The position numbers and the translations under genes are program-made. Below are positions 39,820 through 64,000 of a stretch of DNA of 64,000 bases, one piece after another (the stretch's first letter is position 1; every line of letters starts with the position of its first letter). The notes beneath the pieces were generated by a model that saw only the letters and a program-made list of their open reading frames with translations, was not told where the DNA came from and did not search any database. Origin of the DNA: Macrostomum lignano (lineage: Eukaryota); contig NIVC01002152.1 of assembly GCA_002269645.1 (NCBI GenBank), forward strand, positions 124,001 to 188,000. The letters are read 5' to 3'.

Positions 39820-41810
39820 GGTTGTGTACGCCCCTCCAAAAAGGCTTCACTTCCAGATAGATATCTACGAGCTAGAATTCTATGAATCGGTGCTGCTTAG
39901 TCAGTGGGAGAACGCATACTGGCCCTGCTGCGGAGGGTCCGCAGCCCAGGCCAAGGACATCTCCCCCCTCAGGCTGGTGCTCAGCCGAGTCGAAGTCGGT
40001 CAGAAGGTATCCTGGCTCGCTCGGGGTACCGCCGGGCCGGCGAGCCCGCCGCAGGCTTCACAATGCCATCGCCAAGCCCGGGGCCGGGCGCCCGGTGTCC
40101 GTCGGAAGAGCCGTCCTGGTGGGCCGCTGGCAGGTCGGGAGCGGCGGTCTCGGCAGTGGCTGCGGCCGGCAGGTTCACCGTTGGCTCCGAGCTGCGAGTC
40201 GGCAGTGACAGCAGCTGGTCGGCGTGCCGCCGTGTCAGAGAGCCGCCTGCGCTCACCATGCAGTTCCGGGCCCCGGCCGACTCGAGGGTGCCCTCTTGCC
40301 AGCGGCTGCTCGCGTGGCTGCCGTAGTCACGCAGCAGCACTCGGTCTCCGGGTCGAAACGTCCTGGCCGGCCTTGGCGACTGCTGGAGCGCTGCCTCCTG
40401 CTGCCGGTGACGGTTGCTGACGAGCGATGGCGTCAGAAGTCGTCAGCAGGTCCAGCCGAGATCGCAGTCGGCGCCCGTAGAGCAGCTGGCTGGGAGCTGC
40501 GCCTGTGGCCGAATGCGGCGTGTTGCGATAGGCGAGTAGGAGCTGCTGCAGAGCTCTCTCAGACAGTCCCGATTTCTTTAGGTGCTGCTTCAGCACCTTG
40601 ACGAACCGTTCGGCTTGCCCGTTGGTCGCAGGATGAAACGGAGCTGAAGTCATATGCTCGATGCCGTTGAGACGCAGGAACTCGCTGAATTCGGATGACG
40701 TGAACTGAGCTCCGTTGTCAGACACCAGAGTCCGCGGTAGACCCTGGCGCGCGAAGATCTCGCGAAGGCAGTTGATGGTCGCGCCTGACGTCGTGCTGGT
40801 CAGCTGCTTCACCTCCGGCCACTTACTATGCGCGTCGATAAGCACCAGGAAGGTGCGGCCGTCAACAGGGCCAGCAAATTCGATGTGTAGCCGGGACCAC
40901 GGCTCCGATGGGAAGGGCCACGGGTGCACAGGCGCCTTGGGCGGATCGGCCTGGTTGAGCAGGCAGGTTTCGCACGCCTTGGCGGAGTCCTCCACGTCCT
41001 TGTCCAGGCCGGGCCACCACACGTAGCTGCGAGCGAGCGCCCGCATGCGGCTGGCTCCAGGGTGGGCCTGGTGCAGTTCGCTGAGGACCTTCGAGCGGAG
41101 GGCGGATGGAACGATGACTCTGGACCCCCAAAGCAGGCAGCCCTGCTCGATGTTCAGCTCGTGCTGTCGGCCAAAGAACGTTTCGAGGCCCCCTGCAGCT
41201 GGGATCCGGGCGTCCGACTGCAGACACAGCAGCACTCTGCCGAGCTGCGCGTCCGTCCGCGTCCTCTGCGAGATCACCTTTGCCGTCAGGGCCGAACCGA
41301 CATCTTCGTCGATGAGGAGGCAGTTCACAGCTGGCTCCTCGATGAACTGGGTGCCGAGTGGAAGGCAAGAGAGCGAGTCGCAGTTGCCGTGTCGCGCCGT
41401 TGGTCTGAACTCCAGGCTGTAGTCGTAGCTGGAGAGCCAGATGGCCCAGCGCTGCATGCGAGCTGCGGCGTGTGCCGGGATGGCCTTGCGCTCACCAAGC
41501 AGTCCACTTGGTGTTCTTGGTCAGCAGCTGGTTCATCGGCGCCACTACCGCAGACAGGTGTGGCATGAACTTCGAGTAGTGGGTCAGCATGCCGAGGAAG
41601 GCGCGCAGCTGGCTGACGTCTTTTGGTGCCGGCGCGTTCTGCACCGCGGCGACCTTGTCTGGCAGAGGCTTCAGGCCATGCGCGTCGATTCGATGACCGA
41701 GGTACTCGACGGAGTCTTGAAAGAACAGGCACTTGGACCTGTTCAGTCGAAGACCGGCGTCCTGGAGACACTGCAGCACGCTGGTCAGGTTCTGTCTGTG
41801 CTGCAGTCAG
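39820..41810 (-). mobile_element. Ty3/Gypsy (Mag/K02A2.6-like) LTR retrotransposon relic: RT C-terminus, integrase, PPT, start of 3' LTR
   Basis: RT YLGHRIDAHGLKPLPDKV...LRAFLGMLTHYSKF; H2C2 LHQAHPGASRM...CETC; core HIEFAGP/VSDNGAQF/NGQAERFV; RRHADQL; RRYPERAR. PPT GAGGGGGGAGA (39970-39960) is followed by TGT at 39959. LTR end uncertain. Confidence 0.9.
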
Positions 41811-41811
41811 G

Positions 41812-42890
41812 AGTGCTCCTAGCAAGGAGCGAATCGATTTTGTGTGCTATAGAGTTCAAGAATCAAGAGTTAGGAGCTAGGAGTTGTTTTAAGGAGTGCA
41901 GCATAGGAGTGAGGAGGAGCTCTAAGGAGTGTGAGGTGATTGGCTAAGGAGTCTGCCAATCTGCGTGCTATATTAAACTCCTAAATGTATGCACCTTAAG
42001 GAGTAATTCTAGCAGTTTAAAAAACAAGTTACAAGTTTTAATTATTACACTGTGAAAAACGGCTACGAGCGCGTAAAGCAATAAAACCATTTTAGGCTAA
42101 GCTGTGCATTTAATAGGCAAAAGGGAGCGGGGAGCACATTTAATTAGTTGATAGACCAAGTCAATAGAAAGTGGTTTAACTGCATGCTATCGTAATTAAT
42201 TGCTCCTATTTGAAAAACAACTAATACTTGTATAAGAGGGGTGCTATAATTAGACACCATAAAATTGGTCATTTTTGTACCCAGCAAAACAGTGCCCATT
42301 GTCGGTACAAACAAAATAGTACAAGTCGAAATCTAAGATTATTTGTGATGTTTTAAGTTGCAACATGTTTATTGAAAGTGGTGTTGATTCTCATTGAGCG
42401 GAAACCGTGAGTCGCGACATAGTATGAAATTCTTCAAGAAAGTTTATCCTTTGCTTAAATTGCCTGGGTTGCCATCGCCAATCATTAGCTCCCCGACCCC
42501 CACCGTCCGAGAATAGTTCTGTGTTCGATCCAAAAACATGAAAAAAGACACTCCTACTAACCTAAGAGTAAAATTTGGCCCTTGAATTTTTAACTAGGAG
42601 TTAGGAGCTAGAGATGAATTTCGCTCCTTCTATAGGACACGCACTCCTAAAACTCACTCCTAAACAGCAATTCCTAGCTCCTAGCTCCTTACTCCGCTCC
42701 TTATTCTATAGCACGCGACAAACCTTAATGAGGTCTCCTAAATTCACCAAGGAGTCTCCTAACGTCCTTAGGAGCCTCCTAGCTCTTAAAATTTACTCTT
42801 GATTCTATAGCACAGAAAAGCCATCTAGGAGCTAGGAGTTAGGACACTCTTAAGGATTTAGGGGTTAAGAGTATTCTATAGCACGGGCCC
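41812..42890. mobile_element. MITE-like element with inverted CTATAGCAC and TAGGAG/CTCCTA motif arrays; right end ATTCTATAGCACGGGCCC
   Basis: GTGCTATAG near 41854, 41965, 42240 vs TTCTATAGCAC near 42706, 42805, 42874. Terminus is Harbinger-like but no TWA TSD is seen; left end truncated. Confidence 0.5.
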
Positions 42891-42892
42891 CT

Positions 42893-43565
42893 GAGGCTCG
42901 AAGGCTTCCCCACAAGGGGGCCGAAAGGTCGAAACCCATCAAAAGGAAGAACGATGATCGGTTCACTGGGGTTGATGTTTTCAGCTTTAGTGGTTTGCTG
43001 TGGGTTGACTTTTTCGGTAATGAATTTGTTGATGTTGCAGTGGATGAAGGCAAGTGGGTAGCCCACGTGGGGAAAACAAAAAAGCACTTGCACACCAGAA
43101 CCAGAGAGCACTGGCTCAAAACATCGGCCATTCAAACCCACCTCTTAGAATGCAATAGCTGCTCCAACAGCATTCCTATGAACGCTTTATAATTATCGAC
43201 CAATGTACATCTGACTATAAACTTAAGATTCTTGAGGCCATGCACATAAAAGCTTTTTCCCCCAACCTCAACACTCAACTCCAACATAGTGGCGCGGGCC
43301 ATGTTCTCCGTGTTTTTTAAGTTCTGAGAGAACGCCGACTACGGACTGCACTGCTCTGTCAAAATTTCCGTCCCTGACCTATCGTCTGTCTATTGATCTT
43401 CGAACAAATTTACTGTACAGCATAATTACTCATCTAATATTTTGCGTCACACAAACATTTATTATCGTTAGCCTCGGTTTTTTTTTCGTTCTAATAAAAT
43501 AAACCTGAAGATGCACCACGGAGTGCGAAACGCGTCGACTCACAGATGAAATGTTGATTGTTGGT
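42893..43565 (+). mobile_element. Penelope-like 3' fragment, copy 2, with an inverted 5' segment
   Basis: 43064-43565 is the reverse complement of 36474-36975 at high identity (HVGKTKKHLHTRTREH...LKILEAMHIK). 42893-43065 encodes GYPLAFIHCNINKFITEKV...IIVLPFDG on the minus strand. Confidence 0.85.
43505..43536 (+). ncRNA. Hammerhead ribozyme-like core in Penelope 3' end, copy 2
   Basis: CTGAAGATGCACCACGGAGTGCGAAACGCGTC, identical to copy 1. Confidence 0.6.
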
Positions 43566-44070
43566 TTTTTATTCATATTATTTGCAAAGCGAGCAACTCT
43601 ACCACATTCGAAACATTTTTTGTATTAGCAAAACGACTTACTCGTACATGTAAGACATTGAATTAACTGCAATAGGCAAGGTAGGACAGGATTTTGTGAA
43701 CAGGATTTTGGCTATTAATATGGCAGTCCTACGTTCAATTCAAAAATTCAGATTTTACATTTATTTTGGGACGACGGACATACGAATACCCACATCATAT
43801 AAAGAACTTGTATGAATAAACTAATTGGTTCAATTCTTATTTTATCCGATCATTCTACGTACGTGCTTGATGAACACGATAAATTTGATCAATTCGATTA
43901 ATATAACCAAGGATCATGCTACTGTTCAGAAACATGAATTTCTCAACTATATAGTGCAAAACACTTGTCTGCAAGGTGGGCAAGTATACCCTCTAAGCGA
44001 GATGAATTTCCTCACTTTTCGAGTGACGCAACTTACGGCACGCGCGAGTCTTATTGCTACTTGAGTTGAC

Positions 44071-44585
44071 CAGGATAACAATAACGCGCCACCACACCGA
44101 GCCGATGCTGTTAGCCAACTAAAGAACAGCTACAGCTGAGCACTCTGCGCTGGCCTTCCCGGTCCCCAGAGACATGAATCCCATCGAGCATGTCTGGAAC
44201 TTCCTAAAACGCAGCATTCGAAAAGAGAATCCACCAGATTGTTGCGGAGCTGCGTCATGCCATTGAAAACGCTTGGCAGCAGCTTCTCCAGGACTTTCTG
44301 CGCCGCCTCATCCTGAGGATGCCCGGCAGAATCGCCGCACTTCTGCGTGCGAGAGGATCCCACACGCGTTATTAAGCATCGCAATTCTAACTGCTTATAT
44401 TGCATAAAAAATAAACTTATGATTTTGTGCGACTGACGTTAGATTCGATCAAATTTCCTTTCCTCGCGGCTGCTTATAGTTGCGTAACTTGAGGGTTGAA
44501 TTGTGATGAGTGAGAAGTTGTCGCAATAAGTGAGAAAATTTTCATCTCGCTTGGAGGGTGGAACTTTTGACTGTTGCTGAGTATA
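44071..44585 (+). mobile_element. Tc1-like transposon 3' fragment with right TIR and TA
   Basis: QDNN(N)APPHRA...WPSRSP/MNPIEHVWNFLKRSIRK...ELRHAIENAWQQL...MPGRIAALLRARGSHTRY* (44375); end GGAACTTTTGACTGTTGCTGAGTA|TA. Confidence 0.8.
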
Positions 44586-46590
44586 TACTGCGCGTGGGCA
44601 ATGGGCATAGACGTATCACGACGCAATTACTTTGACCTCTTGACCTGCTGACAAGGCAAGATCAAACAAAATTACGAGTAGGACCCGATTTTTATCTAAA
44701 CTCTGCCGTACATTACGCGCACTCAGGAAAAGAATCGATTGTTGCCCGCATACCAACATGGCCGCTTTTTGCATAGTCAGAACTGCATTTGACCTCAATT
44801 GCAAGGCCATATGCAAATTAAAGCAACAAAGTTAAATTACCAATTTAAAGTGGCAATGCTAATGTTGATTTCTTTATTTATTAGACTCACATCACAGAGC
44901 CGCTATATTTATGAATTTTTATGTAGTTAGAAACGTAAAAATCTATTCTATGTAATGTACCAGGTACGGTCCTAGTTTTTAACTTGCATTTAAACTTAAA
45001 ATCTTAGCTATGGGAGCAAGTAAAGAATGTAAAAATGCTTGATAACAATTTAAGCTAAATCAAATAAAGCACCATCCAAAATGTTAGGTGCGAATATATC
45101 AAATTTACTATTTTTAATTAACCGATCTTTTTGGGTAACAATACACATTAATCAGCTTATAATAAATATTATATTGTAAACTTCCCTGCTACTCGTAAGT
45201 CTCAATGTGAGCCAAAATTAATTATATAGCAATACGCGCGCACACCAAAAGCAATTAATATGAATATTAGCTGTGCGCATGCTTCATGTGTGTACAGATA
45301 TACACACGATAGTGTAATGTTGAACAGCACAGATAACTAAGCAATTTAGCAGTAAAATCCACAGCAAACTAACACATTTTGTGGCATTGTATTGCCAGGC
45401 GAGGCTACACAGAGAAAGACGGCATTTTTTCGTTTGAAACCAGGGCTGCTATATGAATTAATAACGTTTGATAAACATGCGATATGGAGCGCATGGGGTT
45501 GCACAGAATACTGCGCGTGGTACAAAACACGCAAAACATACTACTAACAGCATTTTCGAGGGGTACAAGACCTTCCAGAAATACAACAAAGTCAAGTCGA
45601 TCACAGTGCCAGGTTGAATTTATTTGAAACAAATATATTGCAACGCTGAAAGCAATATTAAAACCAAATAAAATAGAATCAGCCGCGAGGATCAAACTTG
45701 GCACAACAAGCTGTTGGAACAAATTAAATACACTCGTAGCGAGTAAAATGTTCTGAAATAAGCTTAAGATAGCTACTTTTACAAGTTAGAGGTTACAGCG
45801 ATATCAAATAACTTAAGAACAGAAATACCCAACTATTCATAATTCCCACAGCGATCGGACATGACGAGGGTCTTCACGCATGCAACTACAGAACCAGAGT
45901 CATCCTAGAATAAAAACAATATAAAAATATAAAATATAAAAATATGTAATTTGACTAATTTGTTATATTTAATCATAAACTATATTAATGTAATAAGATA
46001 CAAAAAACACAAAAAATATAATATAAAATACCACTCCTACCATACGATGCCTCCCCCAAAAGACGCACCAGCAACTATTTTTAGCTTTAGAATTTACAGC
46101 CACCTAAAATAGATTCCTAACTCTGAAGGTTGTTCGATTGCGATAACAAAAGTATTTCCTTCAAATTTATTACCAGTTTGAACCACCTGTATAGTATTAG
46201 AAAGAACTAATAAGAGGATATTTAACTTGGCATGTTAAATATTCTCTTGAGCAGGAGATGCCACACAGGGACGCACGCAGGTGAGGAGGGCCCGCGGTCC
46301 CCATTTCAATTGGAAGTCAAATGTCGCCCCTACACGAGTGAGCATACTTTTAGAAAGAAAAAGAAAAGAAAAGATAGACAAAAACTGAATAAATAGATTA
46401 TGCCAATAATAGATGGACAGAGACAACATTTAGAGGTATCACACCAGATTAGACTACCGGCTATGAGACTAATAAACAAAACTGGAAAAAACATTCTTAA
46501 AAAAATCCAAGAGGAAGCAATTTAGGATTGGCAAATAAATAAGTTAACCACCGGGGACTCCAACTGGAGAAGGAAACCGTTAGCCTAAAG

Positions 46591-46801
46591 CCAGGGGTTG
46601 GCAAACTAGCTAGTATTTATCTCAAGGGGCAAATGGAGAATCTAGCGCATAACTGTCGGTCAGAACAGGGGAGAGAAGAGAGCAGAAAAGAGATGGAGAA
46701 GGGAGAGGAGATTAGAGAGAAGAGAGCTGGGAAGAGACGCAAACCGGATGGCTATTGTAAAGTTTCAAAGGACCCGAGAGCCGGAGTTTGCCAACCCCTG
46801 G
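46591..46801. mobile_element. 211-bp MITE with perfect 17-bp TIRs, hAT (Charlie)-like
   Basis: CCAGGGGTTGGCAAACT ... AGTTTGCCAACCCCTGG; flanks GCCTAAAG/GCTTAAAG are similar but not a clean 8-bp TSD. A related solo end lies at ~13693-13712. Confidence 0.75.
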
Positions 46802-47834
46802 CTTAAAGAGAAGCGAAAGTTTATTATCCAAAAAAGTATCGATACTAATTAATTGGTCTTAAACTACTCATAACTGGAACAAGTCAAATATAGAAATGTA
46901 TCCAAGTGTCATGTGTTCCCCCGGCCTAAGTGTTATAGTCTAGAAGTGCATGCAGCAGTCTTGACAATCAATATTCTGAACAGAATCCATTGATCAACTG
47001 ATACTGCCTGATACTGCCTGATAGGTAAATTTTAGTTTAACCATTGTAAAGATCGGAAGAATAACAAAAAGCTGAACTAAGAAGAGCTAAGGATGACAAA
47101 CGAAGTGGGATATAAATATTTGGCAAGTGCATGAATAGACAAGTACTTGTAGTAGTAGTAGTAGCAGTAGTAGCAGTAGTAGTAGTAGTGGTAGTAGCCA
47201 ACAGCAGGAATGAAAATTACAATTATTAGGTAAATTTTTGCATTAAAAATAGCTAAATCAGTTAACAGATGAGCTATAACTAAGGAAAACTCGCATCTAA
47301 ACATTGCGAAATTTGCAATTGAAATAATAATAATAATAATATTAGGCATAATTAATTAGTCAAGACACAATGCATTCGATATGCGACATTTATTATTACT
47401 ATTCAATACGCATTGCTCTACTTACAGCAGTCCACGAATATATAGGCGAAAATCTAGTTAAATAAATAATCAAATCGGGTTTGTCGTGGAAAATGAATCA
47501 ATTCTAAGCATGGTACACTATAATATAATAGAGCAAGCATTTTCAGCTAAAGTGCAATAAATGGACGCAGCAAAAAAAGAAAAAGCTCGTTGGATTGCCT
47601 CAGGATAAGCAAAGGATAAAGTAAGAAATTAGTTTTTTATCATAACGCAGTTAGCGAAACTACATTAGACGATTTTTGTGCAAATAAGCGGCAAAAATGG
47701 AAAAAGAAAATCGAGACAAGAAAAAGCAGAGAAAAGGCAATAAAGAAGTTGAAGAGTACATTGATTGTGTGTCTACAGAGGGATAATTGCAAATTGGGGA
47801 GTTCAGAACACATGGGGAACTAGGAAATCAGGAT

Positions 47835-61825
<13,991 letters not shown>

Positions 61826-63019
61826 CACTTTTTAAGGTAATAAATATAATAGGGGATTTAGACTTGCGTCTGGAGCACAGCCATTGATTAATTGGCCTGG
61901 TATAAATCTATTAAATATTCAATTTAATCGGTGTTATATTCCTTGCAAAATTGCTTAAATAAAAAAATTTATAAATAGTCCCCTAGGGATTACGAATTAA
62001 TCACGAAATGATTTTACTAGTTATGGGTGTGAATCGCAGTAGTCACGAGTTAGTTTAGTCAAAGGACTGTGGATGAAAGTTTCAAAATAACGAATCAGTG
62101 TAGGTGTCTAACAATATTGGAGCTCGAGTTAACGCCCGGCGCGCGCTCCCAATTCTTTTTGCTGTTTAAATCGGCCGCCCAGTTTCAACGAACTACAAAT
62201 GGTAAAACAACTTATTTTTAACACTTAAAACAAATATTGAAAAGGCTATTGTACTACGGTTATATATGCTTTTTTCTTCTTTTAACTCTTTTAAGAACAA
62301 TCCCTTTATTCAAGTCCTAGCCTAATATCTTATTTTAATCTCGTTATTTATCGTTATTCTTATTCGCGATCATTACTAGTCTTCATCATTTTCACAATAA
62401 ATCTTAGTACGAAAACTTATCTCAAATATATAGTTCGTACTGGCCAAACAGGCTGTTTGCCTGAGCCAATGTACTACTCTACTGCACTATGTAGTTTACA
62501 ATCATAACAAATTCTCATCCTAAAAGAGAGGCTACAGTAAAGTAAGCGCTAATGAAGCTCCCATATTTTTATAGCTAATTTTAGAGATGAAAAAGAAAAA
62601 AAATTGAATATTCAATCAAATTACTTTTACGCTACTTGCTGCACCTATTGCCTGAGTCACAATTTCAATTGCATATTGTACAATACATTGGTTCGACTCC
62701 TGTGTGCAATGGGCAAGAACAAAAGGGAATTTATCTTGCATTGCACTGTACTGCCATATGGCATGGACATCAGAAATAGCATCCTTCGATCTTAGTTGTC
62801 CATGGGTATGAATAGCAGCGGGAACCATGTTTACTGTAATTCGGCGACAGGTTTGACACCTGCTTTGCGCTGACGCCAGGGCAAATTTGGTAAATTTGCA
62901 GCAAATTGTCAGCAGGTATTGATTCCCTGTGGAGTATTGTGTTGTTAAGTTTACATTAAAATGAATGAGAGTATGCTAGTTTGATTTGATACATGTAACC
63001 ACAAAAACTAATAATCGAT

Positions 63020-63415
63020 TAATCAATCACCTTTCGAAGATGGCTCGAACCCGACGTAGTCAAACGCAGACAAAACCGAATACTCGTTCGGCCATCATCG
63101 GAATTAAAATTGGCGTCAACTGGGGTTCGTTCGCCACGGCCCTCTTGTTGTTGCGCTGGTAGACGGGGCACTTCTGAACGTCACAGAAGGTGTGATATTC
63201 TTGAATTAATCGACACCGTTCTTCTTGATCTTCCACCTCCAGGCGACGCTCCCTTGACCGATGGCGCTTCTTTTGACTAATCATCCCGAGCTGAGAGCTG
63301 ATAGAACAGCTGCTGGCCCTCGTACCTGAAGTTGGGCGCCTTCTGCCGAACCTTGCTTTTGAAGTTGTTCTTCTCCTTAGTTGTTGTCAAAGACGCAGGG
63401 ATCCGTCGTATGCGC
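63020..63415 (-). mobile_element. Decayed Gypsy-type/Ginger-like integrase N-terminal fragment
   Basis: TKEKNNFKSKVRQKAPNFRYEGQQLFY / EERCRLIQEYH..VQKCPVYQRNN..PQLTPILIP / FDYVG; stops, frameshifts and an internal deletion. Confidence 0.5.
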
Positions 63416-63726
63416 CACAAAGCAAGTAAATTTTTATGTTGGAATACGCGACAGACATTTTTTTGTATTAGTAATTGTACTAGCCATTTAGCCCCCCTCC
63501 GGGTGGTTTCTTAGCAGTTTAGCGCTTGTATATAAGCAGTTTTGCAGTCGCTGAGCAAATCTCACTAATCTCCGAGCAGTTCTGCAGTAGCAAATCTCTA
63601 AGCAGTTGTACACCAATTTTACTGAGACTAAAAAGTTCTAAAAAGTTACATTTCTGAATGTTTGAAACTTTGCAATGTCAATTCATTTATAGTTCTTTTA
63701 TGATTATTCATTATTTTTAAATGCTC

Positions 63727-63879
63727 ACCAGATTAGCACTATTCTCCCACATTAGCCCTACACCCCCAGATTAGCCCCACTTCCCCCAGATTAGCACTAC
63801 GCCCAGATTAGCACTGCGCCCAGATTAGCACTCAGCCCAGATTAGCACTCAGCCCAGATTAGCACTCAGCCCAGATTAG
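63727..63879. repeat. ~17-bp short tandem repeat (CCCAGATTAGCACTCAG)
   Basis: About 8 degenerate copies. Confidence 0.8.
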
Positions 63880-64000
63880 TCGATATATTTAAACTTGAAG
63901 TTATTTATGGGCTGTAATTATTGACAGGTTTTAAATCTCGTAAACCACAGAGAGAAATCAGCCTAGGAGTGCGCTTGGCATGACTTGTCGTGCCGTATTC

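Noticed and set aside
45340-45960. Fragments resembling retroelement proteins (FRLKPGLLY) and a possible mariner end at ~46175-46192
   Set aside because: Too short and degenerate to support a call without a search.

Overview
Eukaryotic (animal) genomic DNA with GC-rich exons in AT-rich, repeat-dense spacers. The style suggests a free-living flatworm such as Macrostomum (inference only). Five spliced genes can be rebuilt by hand with consistent intron phases: host cell factor (HCF, + strand, first exon upstream of the window); a 670-aa secreted protein with two tandem copies of an unrecognised six-cysteine domain plus a divergent C-terminal fibrinogen domain (-); TM9SF3 (-); an SH2/SOCS-box protein (-); and p70 S6 kinase (-), which has a 1-nt frameshift in exon 2 and a probable GC-AG intron. 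Twelve of the 14 introns carry tandem-repeat arrays, each different, and these explain most of the long low-complexity ORFs in the track. Mobile DNA includes four tRNA-derived CORE-like SINEs and two inverted Penelope-like 3' ends with hammerhead-ribozyme cores. These Penelope ends flank a 6-kb nest containing foldback repeats, a THAP/P-type transposase relic split by a 12-bp minisatellite, a Gypsy pol relic and a MITE. There are also Tc1, hAT-like and Ginger-like relics and an unclassified ~2-kb element with a polypurine core present twice. Best novelty candidates: the double six-Cys domain/fibrinogen protein, the intron-specific minisatellite pattern, the Taspase1-type site in a compact HCF, the Penelope hammerheads and the minisatellite-split THAP finger.
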